This document shows, piece after piece, positions 26,761-36,144 of a DNA stretch of 64,000 nucleotides; positions within the stretch are counted from its first letter, which is position 1, and each line of letters opens with the position of its first letter. The notes under the pieces are model-generated. The model did not search any database. It was not told the origin of the DNA and worked only from the letters and a program-made list of their open reading frames with translations. Origin of the DNA: an uncultured Terracidiphilus sp. (GTDB taxonomy: Bacteria; Acidobacteriota; Terriglobia; Terriglobales; Acidobacteriaceae); the NCBI GenBank assembly GCA_964487345.1, contig CAZAQN010000012.1, forward strand, positions 26,822-90,821, in the 5' to 3' direction. The position numbers and the translations under genes are program-made.

Positions 26761-28671
26761 CTATTTGACGCGCAGATCGACCACGCTGCGAACCTCAGCA
26801 TTGAAGATCTCCTTTGCCCGTTGCACGAGAGGATTCTTGAGAGCCTCTTCCTGCATGCTGCCCGCGACCGGAGCAGGCAGCCCCAAGGGCACCGACCCAT
26901 TCGAAGCCCCGGGGACGACGAGAAAACGCGAAGATGCTCCCAGCCGTTGCAACTCCTGGCGGATGATCTTCTCAGCTGCTGCATTCACGGTGAGACTCAG
27001 CATCTTTTTGCCCATACTGGCAACTTCGATCCGGACACTCGCGCCATCGATGATCCACTCTCCCGCGCCGAGCAAAAGAGCGGCAGACTCGTAACCGCCT
27101 TCCGTGAGCGCAGCGCAGACCGCCCTTCGAGCAGTATCCGCCGAGAGCGACGACGGGGCTGCGCTCTGGGCGCCGCCATTCTGCGGCGCTTTCGCGAGCG
27201 AGCCTTCTGTGAGCTCTTCGACGAATCCTACGACGGGGCTCTGGCTGGATGCGGCTGGGAACCGCGCGACTTCGCGCGTTGGAGCGGATGTTGTGCTTAC
27301 TGTCTCGACGACCGGCTCGACGGCTGCGGCAATTTGCTTGACGCTTGACGGGCTGGCCCACGCGTCTGCACTGCTGAATGGCGACAAGGTGGCTGCGGGA
27401 GCCGCCGCAGGACCCGTAGGTGCAGCCGGGATAGTTTGCCGCGGAGCGGAAGAAGTGGACCGCGGATTCGGCGAAGATGAGGCCGGTACAGTTCGCGTTC
27501 CTGAGCCACTCGAGACGCCACTCAGCAATTCTTCAAGCGGTAACAGGCGTTGAGCGTGAATCAACTTGAGCAGGCCGAGTTCAAGATGAAACCGCTGCTC
27601 CTGGCGGTAATTTAGATCGTCGAAGGTGCGTAGCACGATTTGTAAGTTGCGGGTCAAGTCTTCTTCAGGAAACAACAACGCCGTGCGCGCTGCCCGCGCC
27701 CGCTCGTCGCCGGAAATCTGCAGCAGTTCAGTTTGCTCGCCGCCGAGCTTCGCCATCAGCGCGTTGCGCAGGTAGCGCACCATCTGGCGCGCGAGCGACG
27801 AAGCGCTGTGTCCCGCGTTCAGCAACACGTTCAGCTGTTCCATCAACTCGGCGCTCTGGCCCGCGGCGACTGCCTCTAGCAGGCGCTCAAATACCGCGTT
27901 GGGCACTGCACCCATGAGCTCGCGAATCTGCGCCGTCGATAAGATTGAGCGGTTCTTCTCATCGCAAGGGGCCGAGGCAATGGCCTGGTCCATAATCGAC
28001 AAAGCGTCGCGCATCGAGCCGTCACCGGCTTCGGCGAGCAAGGCAAGGGCAGCGTCTTCGGCCTCGACTTGCTCCTGCGCGGCGATCATCTTCAACTGAG
28101 CCAGAATGTCGTCGAACTTGACGGCGTGAAAGCTGAAGTGCTGACACCGCGAGCGGATGGTCTGTGGGATATTCTCGGGCTCGGTCGTCGCCATCATGAA
28201 GATGACGTGCGCCGGTGGCTCTTCCAGCGTCTTGAGGAGCGCATTGAAAGCAGCCTCGGTGATCTGGTGCGCCTCGTCGAGGATGTAGATCTTGTAACGG
28301 TCGCGCGCAGGGGAGTAGCGCGCGGCGTCCCGCAGTTCACGAATCTCGTCGATGCCACGATTCGTCGCGGCGTCGATTTCGATTACGTCAACAGCATTGC
28401 CCTGACGGATTTCAATACAGGAGTCGCAGGTGCCGCAGGGCTCGGGGGAAGACCGCTCAGCGCTTCCGATCTCGCGGCGGCAGTTCAGCGCCTGCGCCAG
28501 TATGCGTGCGATGGTAGTCTTACCGATTCCGCGATGACCGGAAAAAATGTACCCGTGCGCGACGCGGTTCTGCGTAAGCGCATTCAGAAGGGTGCGTGTA
28601 ACATGGTCCTGGCCAGCCACATCGGCAAACCGCTGGGGGCGGTATTTCCTGGCCAGAACCTGATATCCCAT
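26761..28671 (-). CDS. dnaX: DNA polymerase III subunit gamma/tau
   Basis: AAA+ clamp-loader N-terminus (YRPQRF...GHRGIGKTT..., Zn module CGTCDSC, DEAH-like ILDEAHQ). Long low-complexity P/S/A linker. Classic dnaX-ybaB-recR neighbourhood. Confidence 0.95.
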   Translation of the reverse strand: MGYQVLARKYRPQRFADVAGQDHVTRTLLNALTQNRVAHGYIFSGHRGIGKTTIARILAQALNCRREIGSAERSSPEPCGTCDSCIEIRQGNAVDVIEIDAATNRGIDEIRELRDAARYSPARDRYKIYILDEAHQITEAAFNALLKTLEEPPAHVIFMMATTEPENIPQTIRSRCQHFSFHAVKFDDILAQLKMIAAQEQVEAEDAALALLAEAGDGSMRDALSIMDQAIASAPCDEKNRSILSTAQIRELMGAVPNAVFERLLEAVAAGQSAELMEQLNVLLNAGHSASSLARQMVRYLRNALMAKLGGEQTELLQISGDERARAARTALLFPEEDLTRNLQIVLRTFDDLNYRQEQRFHLELGLLKLIHAQRLLPLEELLSGVSSGSGTRTVPASSSPNPRSTSSAPRQTIPAAPTGPAAAPAATLSPFSSADAWASPSSVKQIAAAVEPVVETVSTTSAPTREVARFPAASSQSPVVGFVEELTEGSLAKAPQNGGAQSAAPSSLSADTARRAVCAALTEGGYESAALLLGAGEWIIDGASVRIEVASMGKKMLSLTVNAAAEKIIRQELQRLGASSRFLVVPGASNGSVPLGLPAPVAGSMQEEALKNPLVQRAKEIFNAEVRSVVDLRVK

Positions 28672-28770
28672 GCTGCGTTCGCTCCTTAGGCGGCGTCTCT
28701 TCGTGAGATAGCCTAGTCGCGATTGTAACGTTCCGGGGTGGGGAAGCGCCGATGCGGAAATCGATGCGGG

Positions 28771-29229
28771 TCAGATCTTCTGTTTCGCTGCAGTGTCCTT
28801 GTTGGGACTCCAATTGATTACGTGATAGACGGCCGGCACAGTGCCGACATTTCGGAACCCATGCAGGCTGTTGGAGGCGTTGAAGACCACCGAGCCGGGA
28901 CTGACCTTGATCCAGCTTCCGTTCGACAGCGTCTCGCATTCGCCTTCGCGCAAAATGATCAGTTCTTCGTTCACGTGCCGGTGCGGCGGATGCGACGCGA
29001 GTCCAGGATTCAGCGTGGACACATGCATCTCAAGCTGATTCACAGTTGCCGTGGGCGCTTTGCAGAGCGAGCGCACCTCGCCGGTAGCGGTCTTCACCGG
29101 TTTCATATCTTCCCACTTGAAAACAGTGGGACCAAGAATCGGCTGGCTCTTTTCTGCTTCGGCAATCGCGCTCAAGGCGCCGGGCAAAGCCAACAAGCCG
29201 ATCACCGCTTCTCGTCTCGAAATCTCCAT
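28771..29229 (-). CDS. cupin domain protein, exported
   Basis: Signal peptide (possibly Tat: SRREAVIGLLALPGALSA). Cupin motif PGLASHPPHRHVNEELIILREGE. Confidence 0.75.
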   Translation of the reverse strand: MEISRREAVIGLLALPGALSAIAEAEKSQPILGPTVFKWEDMKPVKTATGEVRSLCKAPTATVNQLEMHVSTLNPGLASHPPHRHVNEELIILREGECETLSNGSWIKVSPGSVVFNASNSLHGFRNVGTVPAVYHVINWSPNKDTAAKQKI

Positions 29230-29246
29230 GCGCTCACTCCCTCAAT

Positions 29247-30449
29247 TCAGTCCTTCAGCGTAACGATCTTCGCATTCTTCTGCGCCTTGATGACCAGTTC
29301 GGCTGCCAGCAAACATTGCTCCTGATCTTGCGCAACATGCGTTCGGTTCACGATGTCGGCGACAAACTCCGCTCCGAAAGGCAGCGGCATCTGGTTGCAG
29401 TCGATATACCGCGCCTGGTTCTTGTCGACCAGGAACAGGTTGTTTCCTTGCTTGCTGACGGCCACATTCGTATATTTGCGCACCTCGATGTAGCCATCGG
29501 TGCCTAAAATAAAAAGACGGCCATCGCCCCAGGTTCCCAAGCCATCGGGCGTGAACCAGTCGAGCCGCACATAGCCCAGCCCGCGGTCGCCGCGCAGAAC
29601 CATGTCGCCGAAATCCTGAAAGCGCGGGCGATCGGGATGGCGCACGTTGGCAACCTGTGATTCAACCACCTCCGCCTGCTTTGACCCGGTATAAAACAGA
29701 AACTGGTCCACCTGATGCGATCCGATATCGCAAAGAATCCCGCCGTATTGTTCGGGATTCCAGAACCATTCGGGCCGTCCGGTACCACCGCCCGCGTCGC
29801 CGTGCCCCTGGATGATCTGGTGCGGAGCAATGTTGATTGTTTGAATGACTTTGCCGATAGCGCCCTGCTGAACGAGCTTGCCGGCATAGACCGCGGCCTT
29901 TACCTCGAGCCGCTCGCTGTACATGATGCCGTAGATGCGCTTTGTCTCGGCAATAGTCTTCCGCACTTCGGCGAGCTGTTCGAGCGTCGTGATGCCGGGC
30001 TTGTCGGATAAATAATCCTTGCCTTGCTTCATCACGCGGATGCCGAGGGGCGCGCGTTCATTGGCGATTTGCGAGCTCAGCACAAGCTGGATCGAAGGAT
30101 CGTTCACGATCTCGTCTTGCGTCTTCACCATCTTCACGTTGGGAAAACGCTTCGAAAAAAGCGCAAGCTTGTCTTCCTCGCCGCCCCACGCCGCCACTAG
30201 CTCGCCGCCGCCACGCTGGATCGCACCGACCATGCCGTAGATGTGGTCGTGGCTCATGCCGCACACGGCAAACTTGATGTGATACTTCGGTGTTTCACTC
30301 GTCTCTTCTTGAACGGCGTCTTCGATGACACTGTCGCTTGCCGGGCTGGAGGCCGATGACCCTTGGGGAAGGCCTGCCATCATCGCTATCGAACCAAGGG
30401 CTCCGGCTTGGCGCAGAAAGCCACGCCGGTCAAAAAATCTGCTGTTCAT
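29247..30449 (-). CDS. Gfo/Idh/MocA family oxidoreductase, Tat-exported
   Basis: Start at ATG 30447-30449 gives MNSRFFDRRGFLRQAGALGSIAMMAG (twin-arginine signal), followed by a Rossmann fold. Confidence 0.85.
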   Translation of the reverse strand: MNSRFFDRRGFLRQAGALGSIAMMAGLPQGSSASSPASDSVIEDAVQEETSETPKYHIKFAVCGMSHDHIYGMVGAIQRGGGELVAAWGGEEDKLALFSKRFPNVKMVKTQDEIVNDPSIQLVLSSQIANERAPLGIRVMKQGKDYLSDKPGITTLEQLAEVRKTIAETKRIYGIMYSERLEVKAAVYAGKLVQQGAIGKVIQTINIAPHQIIQGHGDAGGGTGRPEWFWNPEQYGGILCDIGSHQVDQFLFYTGSKQAEVVESQVANVRHPDRPRFQDFGDMVLRGDRGLGYVRLDWFTPDGLGTWGDGRLFILGTDGYIEVRKYTNVAVSKQGNNLFLVDKNQARYIDCNQMPLPFGAEFVADIVNRTHVAQDQEQCLLAAELVIKAQKNAKIVTLKD

Positions 30450-30601
30450 CCCGTTTTCATCTCCATCGACAAGTCGAGATCGACGCAACACAATATCGAT
30501 TCGAAGAGAAGTCTTTAAGTCCGCTCGAATCTTTCTGGCCGATCTGTTCGCAGTGATTGTAGAACGGCTCAGCGAGGTCTGGCTTCCTAGGACAGCCAAA
30601 C

Positions 30602-31639
30602 TTATTCGCCTGGTGCAAACGATTCCGGCGGGATCTGCACTCTTCGTCCTTCGGCGCACGACGCGTAAATGCCGCGCACAAGTTGAAGGGCACGGAATCC
30701 GTCGATTCCCGAGCAGGCAGGAGGCCGGTTCGTTCTACACGCTTCGCCAAAATCAGTGAATTGGCGCTCGAAAGGAGTCAGCGAAATTGCCATCGGATCG
30801 GACGCGCCGGAGGCAACTCGACTCGCGACTGGCGCGGGATCGCCCGAATCATCCCGCACGTCCCAAGTAGTCAACTGATCGCCAGTGACGATTGCCGTTC
30901 CTTTAGTCCCGTGAATTTCGAGCCGTTCGGGAGATCCAGGCCATAGCGCAGTGGAAGCCTGCAAGACGCCGGTCGCTCCGGAAGCATAGCGCAACACAGC
31001 ACAGAGCAGGTCTTCGGATTCGATCTTATGCAGCGCTCCGAGTTGCGAATAACCGGAAACCTCATGAACCGGGCCGACCAAGTGCAACAGCAAGTCCACC
31101 TGGTGAATCGCCTGGCTGATCAGCGCGCCACCACCTTCAACGGCCCAGCTTCCCTTTACCGGCCGGGCGTAATACTCGGCGGAGCGAAACCATTTGATAT
31201 AGGCGTCTGCCTGCAGGATTTTGCCCAGCCTGCCGGCGCCAATAGCGGCTTTCAGAAAGAGGGTTGAGTCATCAAATCGATGCTGGCTCACAACTCCCAA
31301 TTGAATGCCGGCGTTCCGCGCGAGGGAGATCATCCGCCGTGCTGTTTCGAGATCGACGGCCATCGGCTTTTGTACGAGGACGTGTTTGTGAAACCTGGCG
31401 CCATGTTCGACAGCGGCCAGTCGATAGGCGGGGAAGGTACATACATCGACGTAATCGATGTCAGGATGAGAGCAAACTTCCTTTGGCGTTGCAACGAATT
31501 CTGCTCCAGCCGCATCGGCAAACTTCCGACCGCGCTCTTCGGTCCGGTCTGTGCACAGACGGACCTGGTAGCCGATGTTGCGATAAGCCTGCGCGTGCTT
31601 GTTCGCAATGGCTCCTGTGCCGATGATTCCCACTCTCAT
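30602..31639 (-). CDS. Gfo/Idh/MocA family oxidoreductase
   Basis: MRVGIIGTGAIANKHAQAY Rossmann N-terminus. Start at ATG 31637-31639. Confidence 0.85.
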   Translation of the reverse strand: MRVGIIGTGAIANKHAQAYRNIGYQVRLCTDRTEERGRKFADAAGAEFVATPKEVCSHPDIDYVDVCTFPAYRLAAVEHGARFHKHVLVQKPMAVDLETARRMISLARNAGIQLGVVSQHRFDDSTLFLKAAIGAGRLGKILQADAYIKWFRSAEYYARPVKGSWAVEGGGALISQAIHQVDLLLHLVGPVHEVSGYSQLGALHKIESEDLLCAVLRYASGATGVLQASTALWPGSPERLEIHGTKGTAIVTGDQLTTWDVRDDSGDPAPVASRVASGASDPMAISLTPFERQFTDFGEACRTNRPPACSGIDGFRALQLVRGIYASCAEGRRVQIPPESFAPGE

Positions 31640-31783
31640 GCACCGCGCCCCAAACGCGAATCTAATCCAATCGATCATACAAAAGCGTGGACGGGGTCGA
31701 TCGTGCGATTGAGTGGGTCAATTCGTCATCACTGCATTCAAACGAATTTGTGCAGAAGAGAAGATGCACTTGCGGGTTGGGAA

Positions 31784-32311
31784 TCAAAACAGTGATTGAA
31801 GCTTCTTGAGAGATCGCTGCCACATGTCGTGGTGCCAGCGGAACTCGTCCGCGGAGAAGAATCCCGAGTGAGACAGGTAGAGAGTGCTCGAGGAGAACTC
31901 GCCATAGAGACGAATCAGCACTGCGGTCTCCGGAGAGTTTCCGGGCGTTTGCAACGCGATGCTCTTCTGCCAGGTGAAGGACATCTTACCGCGACGGCAT
32001 ACTTGATAAGAGCCGGAGATGCTGAGGTCAATCGTTCCGGCAATAAAGTGGTCGAAACGAAAGTGGTGGTCTCTGCTCTGAGAGGCGATGGTGTGGCAAT
32101 CTGTGTGGTTGCACGGGAGGCAGAGCCACGTCTCGGTGTATTCGGGCAGAGTCAGCGCGTCGAAGATTCTGCGCGTGTTCGCATTGACTGTGACGCGCAA
32201 TTCGATCTGCCTTTCCCGGGGATTTAGGCAGGAATTGCGCTCGTGAGTTCGCGGGAGGCGTGTCTGGGGAGAGAATAATGCGGTGGCGGTCATGGACAGG
32301 GTGGAGTGCAT
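31784..32311 (-). CDS. SRPBCC/Aha1-like domain protein
   Basis: IELRVTVNANTRRIFDALTLPEYTETW resembles the N-terminal strand-helix of the SRPBCC (START/Aha1) fold. The N-terminal about 35 aa are uncertain. Confidence 0.55.
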   Translation of the reverse strand: MHSTLSMTATALFSPQTRLPRTHERNSCLNPRERQIELRVTVNANTRRIFDALTLPEYTETWLCLPCNHTDCHTIASQSRDHHFRFDHFIAGTIDLSISGSYQVCRRGKMSFTWQKSIALQTPGNSPETAVLIRLYGEFSSSTLYLSHSGFFSADEFRWHHDMWQRSLKKLQSLF

Positions 32312-32590
32312 TTTGCTTTCCTACGGAGTGGATCTTCGCGGATTTGTGACGGCCTCGGTTTTTCTGGGATGAAAAGGCGGCGTGCGATGAGCAACCCGAG
32401 ACAGGCACAATGCACGCAGCCCGATTCATCCAGCATTCCTACGAAAGTCGGAATTTCTGTGAATGGTGGCTATGAATCCTCATATTCCGTGACAGACAAC
32501 AACGAGAAGGGATGAAGTGCGCGCCGACAAAGCCGAGCGCCTGAATTCACACGCATAGGATCAAAGCCGGAATTCAAGAAATGGAATGGA

Positions 32591-33340
32591 TCAGCGATGG
32601 AGCCAGTTTTGAATCCGTGAACGATAGCTGCGGCTCATGGGAATTCTTTCGCCGCTGGTCAAGACGACGGTTGAATCGCCATCCGCCTCGCTGCGAACTT
32701 CTTTCACAAAACGAAGGTTCACGATCGAGGACCGGTGTACGCGCAGGAACATCTGGGGATCAAGCCGCTTCTCAAGGCCGGCCATCGTTTCGCGCAGCAA
32801 ATGCGATTCCGTTCCGGCACAAATGCGCACATAGTTCTCTTCGGCGCTGATTGAGCGTATATCGCTTACCGGCAAGAAAAGAATACGTCCGCGGGATTTG
32901 AAGACCACGCGCGTGGTGTAGGAACCGCCATTCTGTAGAGCGTGTTCCACGCCGTTGTCCTGCGAATGACCGGCGAGCCGTTCTCGCACCCGTTGGACTG
33001 CGGAATGCAGCCGCTCAGAGGTGAACGGCTTGAGCAGATAATCGATCGCGTGAATCTCGAAAGCGCGGGCCGCATATCGATCGTAAGCTGTGGTGAACAC
33101 AACCTGGGGCATTGCCAAATCCTGGCGCACTGATAAGGCCCCGAGTACGTCGAATCCGTCCATATCGGGCATGCGAATGTCGAGAAAGAGCAGCTCGGGA
33201 TTGGCCGCGCTGACGAGCTGAATCGTTTCAGATGCGGTTGCACATTCGCCTACGATTTCTATGTCCTGTTCGTCGCGAAGGAGCTGTCGCAACTTTTGCC
33301 TGGCCAGCACTTCGTCATCCGCCAGAATGGCGCTGATCAT
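32591..33340 (-). CDS. LytR/AlgR family response regulator (receiver + LytTR)
   Basis: Receiver domain (ILADDE...LLFLDIRMPDMDG...LLKPF) plus a LytTR domain (...ISAEENYVRI...FLRVHRSSIVNL). Its ATG overlaps the kinase stop (ATGA at 33338-33342). Confidence 0.9.
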   Translation of the reverse strand: MISAILADDEVLARQKLRQLLRDEQDIEIVGECATASETIQLVSAANPELLFLDIRMPDMDGFDVLGALSVRQDLAMPQVVFTTAYDRYAARAFEIHAIDYLLKPFTSERLHSAVQRVRERLAGHSQDNGVEHALQNGGSYTTRVVFKSRGRILFLPVSDIRSISAEENYVRICAGTESHLLRETMAGLEKRLDPQMFLRVHRSSIVNLRFVKEVRSEADGDSTVVLTSGERIPMSRSYRSRIQNWLHR

Positions 33341-34485
33341 CACACACCATACCTTGCCAAGGTCTCTGTTTGACGCTCCGCAAATTGAAGCGGGAGGCGA
33401 ATTGTGACTTGCGCGTGATCCGGGTCGGCTTCGGCGAGCGAAAGCGACCAACCATCACGATAGTGCAATTGCAAGCGGCTCCTGACATTCGTGAGTCCAA
33501 CGCCTCGGCCGTCGGTTCTCTGCGCTGACGGAGTCGTGATGCCTGTTCCGCTGTTGAGGACTCGAATGCGCATCTGTTTGCCATCCCGCTGCACGTCAAG
33601 CGATAGAATCCCGTTTGTTTCGACCTTCGACAAACCGTGTGCGAATGCGTTCTCGACGACGGGTTGAAGAAACATTGCCGGAACCAGGGCATCATGCAGT
33701 TCCGGGTCGACTGTGATGGTTTGCCGCACACGCCCGGCATATCTTTGGCCTTGCATAGCCAGGTAGACCTCGATGAATTCGATTTCGTCGCGCAGGGGAA
33801 TGAGCTGAACATCGCCGCGTTCGAGAGTAATACGCAGGAGGCTGCTCAGTTGTTCCAGCATTGTGTCGGCGGCGTCGATATCGAATCGCATCAGGCACGA
33901 AATGCTATTCATTGTGTTGAAGAGGAAGTGAGGATTCAACTGCATCCGAAGTGCCGCCATCTTTGCATTCACGAGTTGGACTTCCAGCTGCGCCGCCGCC
34001 TTCTCTTGCTCTCGGAATTTCTGGTAGTACCCAATGCCCCGGAAGAGAAAGAAAGCACCCCAGAAGACCACCATGCTGTTACAGATATCCCCTTCCAAGT
34101 TGAACTCAAGGCGCTGCCAGTAACGCATTTGTGGCCGATTGAGAGGAAACATCGGGAACATGAAGAACCACGACATCTCCTGCAGCAAGCAGACGACGAT
34201 ACTCAATGGAGCGAAACGCGTGACGATCCGAAAGACGCTGGCATCTTGGATAGACGGCCGCAAGAAGCACCAGAGAATCCAGCTGGTGGCTCCCCACAGG
34301 AAATAGAAAGCCGTGTACGCGGCGAACGTAATGGCGGCCTGGAAGTGGTAGTTCGACTGATAGGCCCATCGGCGCATAAAGATCCACTCTTGCAGGAAAA
34401 ATAGAGCTCCTACGAGCGTGAACGTGCCGATAAAGATCGCCGGATGCATGAAGACCGGCTCAGTGTGGGTCGTATCCCTTCCCAT
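33340..34485 (-). CDS. LytS/YehU-type sensor histidine kinase
   Basis: Multi-TM N-terminus, His_kinase motif LNPHFLFNTMNSI, and an HATPase region (NAFAHG...LNSGTG...GVGLTNVRSRL). Confidence 0.88.
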   Translation of the reverse strand: MGRDTTHTEPVFMHPAIFIGTFTLVGALFFLQEWIFMRRWAYQSNYHFQAAITFAAYTAFYFLWGATSWILWCFLRPSIQDASVFRIVTRFAPLSIVVCLLQEMSWFFMFPMFPLNRPQMRYWQRLEFNLEGDICNSMVVFWGAFFLFRGIGYYQKFREQEKAAAQLEVQLVNAKMAALRMQLNPHFLFNTMNSISCLMRFDIDAADTMLEQLSSLLRITLERGDVQLIPLRDEIEFIEVYLAMQGQRYAGRVRQTITVDPELHDALVPAMFLQPVVENAFAHGLSKVETNGILSLDVQRDGKQMRIRVLNSGTGITTPSAQRTDGRGVGLTNVRSRLQLHYRDGWSLSLAEADPDHAQVTIRLPLQFAERQTETLARYGV

Positions 34486-34533
34486 AGGGCTTCGTAGGTT
34501 GCTCTCGACTTTCTCTCACTGCGGGCCCATCTT

Positions 34534-35748
34534 CTAATCGGGATCGGGCGCAGGGAGTTGTTCGTTCTGCGAGAAGGTTTGGGTCGGAATCAACTTGCCC
34601 GCGTAGGAACCTTCCTCCGGAACGGCAAGAGCGAATGCGGGGAAGCGTCTCCAATTCTCGCCACCTTTGTACACGAATTGAAGGCGATCATGATGTTGCT
34701 GAAACCACGCCTTGGCCTCGTTCTCGATTCGTGCCACGTCTGCTGCTCCCAGTTTTCCCGCGATGATGCTTAGATCGTTCCCGAGCAGTTGGCGAGCTGG
34801 ATCGCCCCCTTGCAGAGTCGCGACGCGAAAATGATAGTATGCGCTTCTGTTGTCCACCGGCATTCCGGAGCCCTTACGCGCCAACACTCCGAGAGTCGCC
34901 GAAGCTCTCCAGTTGCCGGCATTGGCGGCTTGGTCAAGCGACGCGACTGCCTCGCCTGGGGACTTGGCGAGTTCCGGGTGATTGACCAAAAGAAGACCCA
35001 GTGCCTGCATTGCCGGTACATATCCTTCTTCAGCGGGTTTGCGCAAAACATCGGCAGCTCTGGGAAGATTTTGCGCATGACCTTCAACAGTCGAGAGTAA
35101 CGAACCAAGCCTGAAGGCCGCTCTGGGATCGTGCAACTTCGTCCCCAGCTCGAACCAATGCTTCGCGACTGCCAAGTCCCGTTTGACACCGATGCCGGAG
35201 TAATACATGTCACCCAGATAGCACGCGCCCAATCCGCTGCCTTTTTCGGCAGATTCTCGGAAGAGCTGCTCGCCGAGGGACGTATTCCTAGAAACGCCTA
35301 CTCCCCAGACATAGGCCACGCCTAGATCAACTTTTGCACTCAGCAGGCCACCAGCTGCGGAGAGCTGGTACCAGTGCACGGCGCGTACCGGATCGAACGG
35401 AACACCCATTCCAATCTGATAAAAGTAGCCGATTTCTTTTTGCGCCTCGGGATCGCCAGATTCGGCAGCCTTCTCGTACCAGTACGCTGCCTGCTTTTCG
35501 TCCTGCCTTACGCCACGACCCGTCAGGTAGGCTGAGGCCAGTTCGATTTCCTGTTGGATCGATCCCCCCTCGGCTCTGGTTTGGATCTGAGGAATGTCAG
35601 GTTCGACGCCTTTAGCGGGTGTCGCAGCAGCAACAAACACCAAGCCAGCACTCAACAAGACAGTAGTTGCTGCACGTCTGAAGCAATCGTGCGGAAGGGT
35701 CATCATAGGCTCCCCCTGCGTGGAAGGCTCGTTCACATTTCTGTTCAA
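34534..35748 (-). CDS. Sel1-repeat (SLR/TPR-like) protein, exported
   Basis: Signal-like N-terminus. Multiple Sel1 units (AAYWYEKAAESGDPEAQKEIGYFYQIGMGV..., AVHWYQLSAAGG...). Start could also be the internal MM at about 35706. Confidence 0.85.
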   Translation of the reverse strand: MNRNVNEPSTQGEPMMTLPHDCFRRAATTVLLSAGLVFVAAATPAKGVEPDIPQIQTRAEGGSIQQEIELASAYLTGRGVRQDEKQAAYWYEKAAESGDPEAQKEIGYFYQIGMGVPFDPVRAVHWYQLSAAGGLLSAKVDLGVAYVWGVGVSRNTSLGEQLFRESAEKGSGLGACYLGDMYYSGIGVKRDLAVAKHWFELGTKLHDPRAAFRLGSLLSTVEGHAQNLPRAADVLRKPAEEGYVPAMQALGLLLVNHPELAKSPGEAVASLDQAANAGNWRASATLGVLARKGSGMPVDNRSAYYHFRVATLQGGDPARQLLGNDLSIIAGKLGAADVARIENEAKAWFQQHHDRLQFVYKGGENWRRFPAFALAVPEEGSYAGKLIPTQTFSQNEQLPAPDPD

Positions 35749-36144
35749 GAATGTCCCGAAGAGACGTCGATGATCTCTCTAGACTCGGTTTCCTACGCAC
35801 TGGTTATCGCGCAGTTCCCGCTCCAAGACGTACCTCATTGCAACCAATCGTCCGCGCAACCCGCATACAGACCGCTTCGTCCTTTGAACGAAGCAGTTCG
35901 TCACAAATTCAAGATTGTCTACAAGACCGGGAGAGTATCGATAAGTGTTCAGATTCGAACAGTCGCAGTTGAAAATGAACACCCGCATCGGTCCATGTCC
36001 AAATCTCGGGAGCGTAAGCCATTGATTCCGCAACTCGGACTCCGATCTCTCAATGGCATTGCGTTTGCGAATAGAGAGAGTGATGGTCTCCACGACTGTT
36101 AGAGGTTTTACGAAGTTCTAACCCCATGCAATCGAGAGGTCTCG

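Noticed and set aside
26730-26984. Upstream extension of the ybaB ORF (193-aa version)
   Set aside because: It runs into the dnaX 3' end and is Arg/Cys/Ser-rich. ATG 26727-26729 has an AGGAGG RBS and gives the canonical about 108-aa YbaB.
27004-27010. dnaX programmed -1 frameshift site (A AAA AAG) for a gamma subunit
   Set aside because: Only C-AAA-AAG (GKKM, near codon 555) is present. It lacks the first A, lies far downstream of the domain III boundary, and has no adjacent stem-loop. No long A-run for transcriptional slippage was seen.
28672-28770. Expected SRP RNA (ffs) upstream of dnaX, as in many bacteria
   Set aside because: The 99-nt spacer has no SRP domain IV-like motif. On the minus strand it reads like a plain leader containing TACAAT and an AAGGAG RBS.
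35779-36093. 104-aa minus-strand ORF in the divergent Sel1/LytTR intergenic region
   Set aside because: No RBS and no motif. It occupies the region expected to hold two promoters. Coding status cannot be supported from sequence alone.
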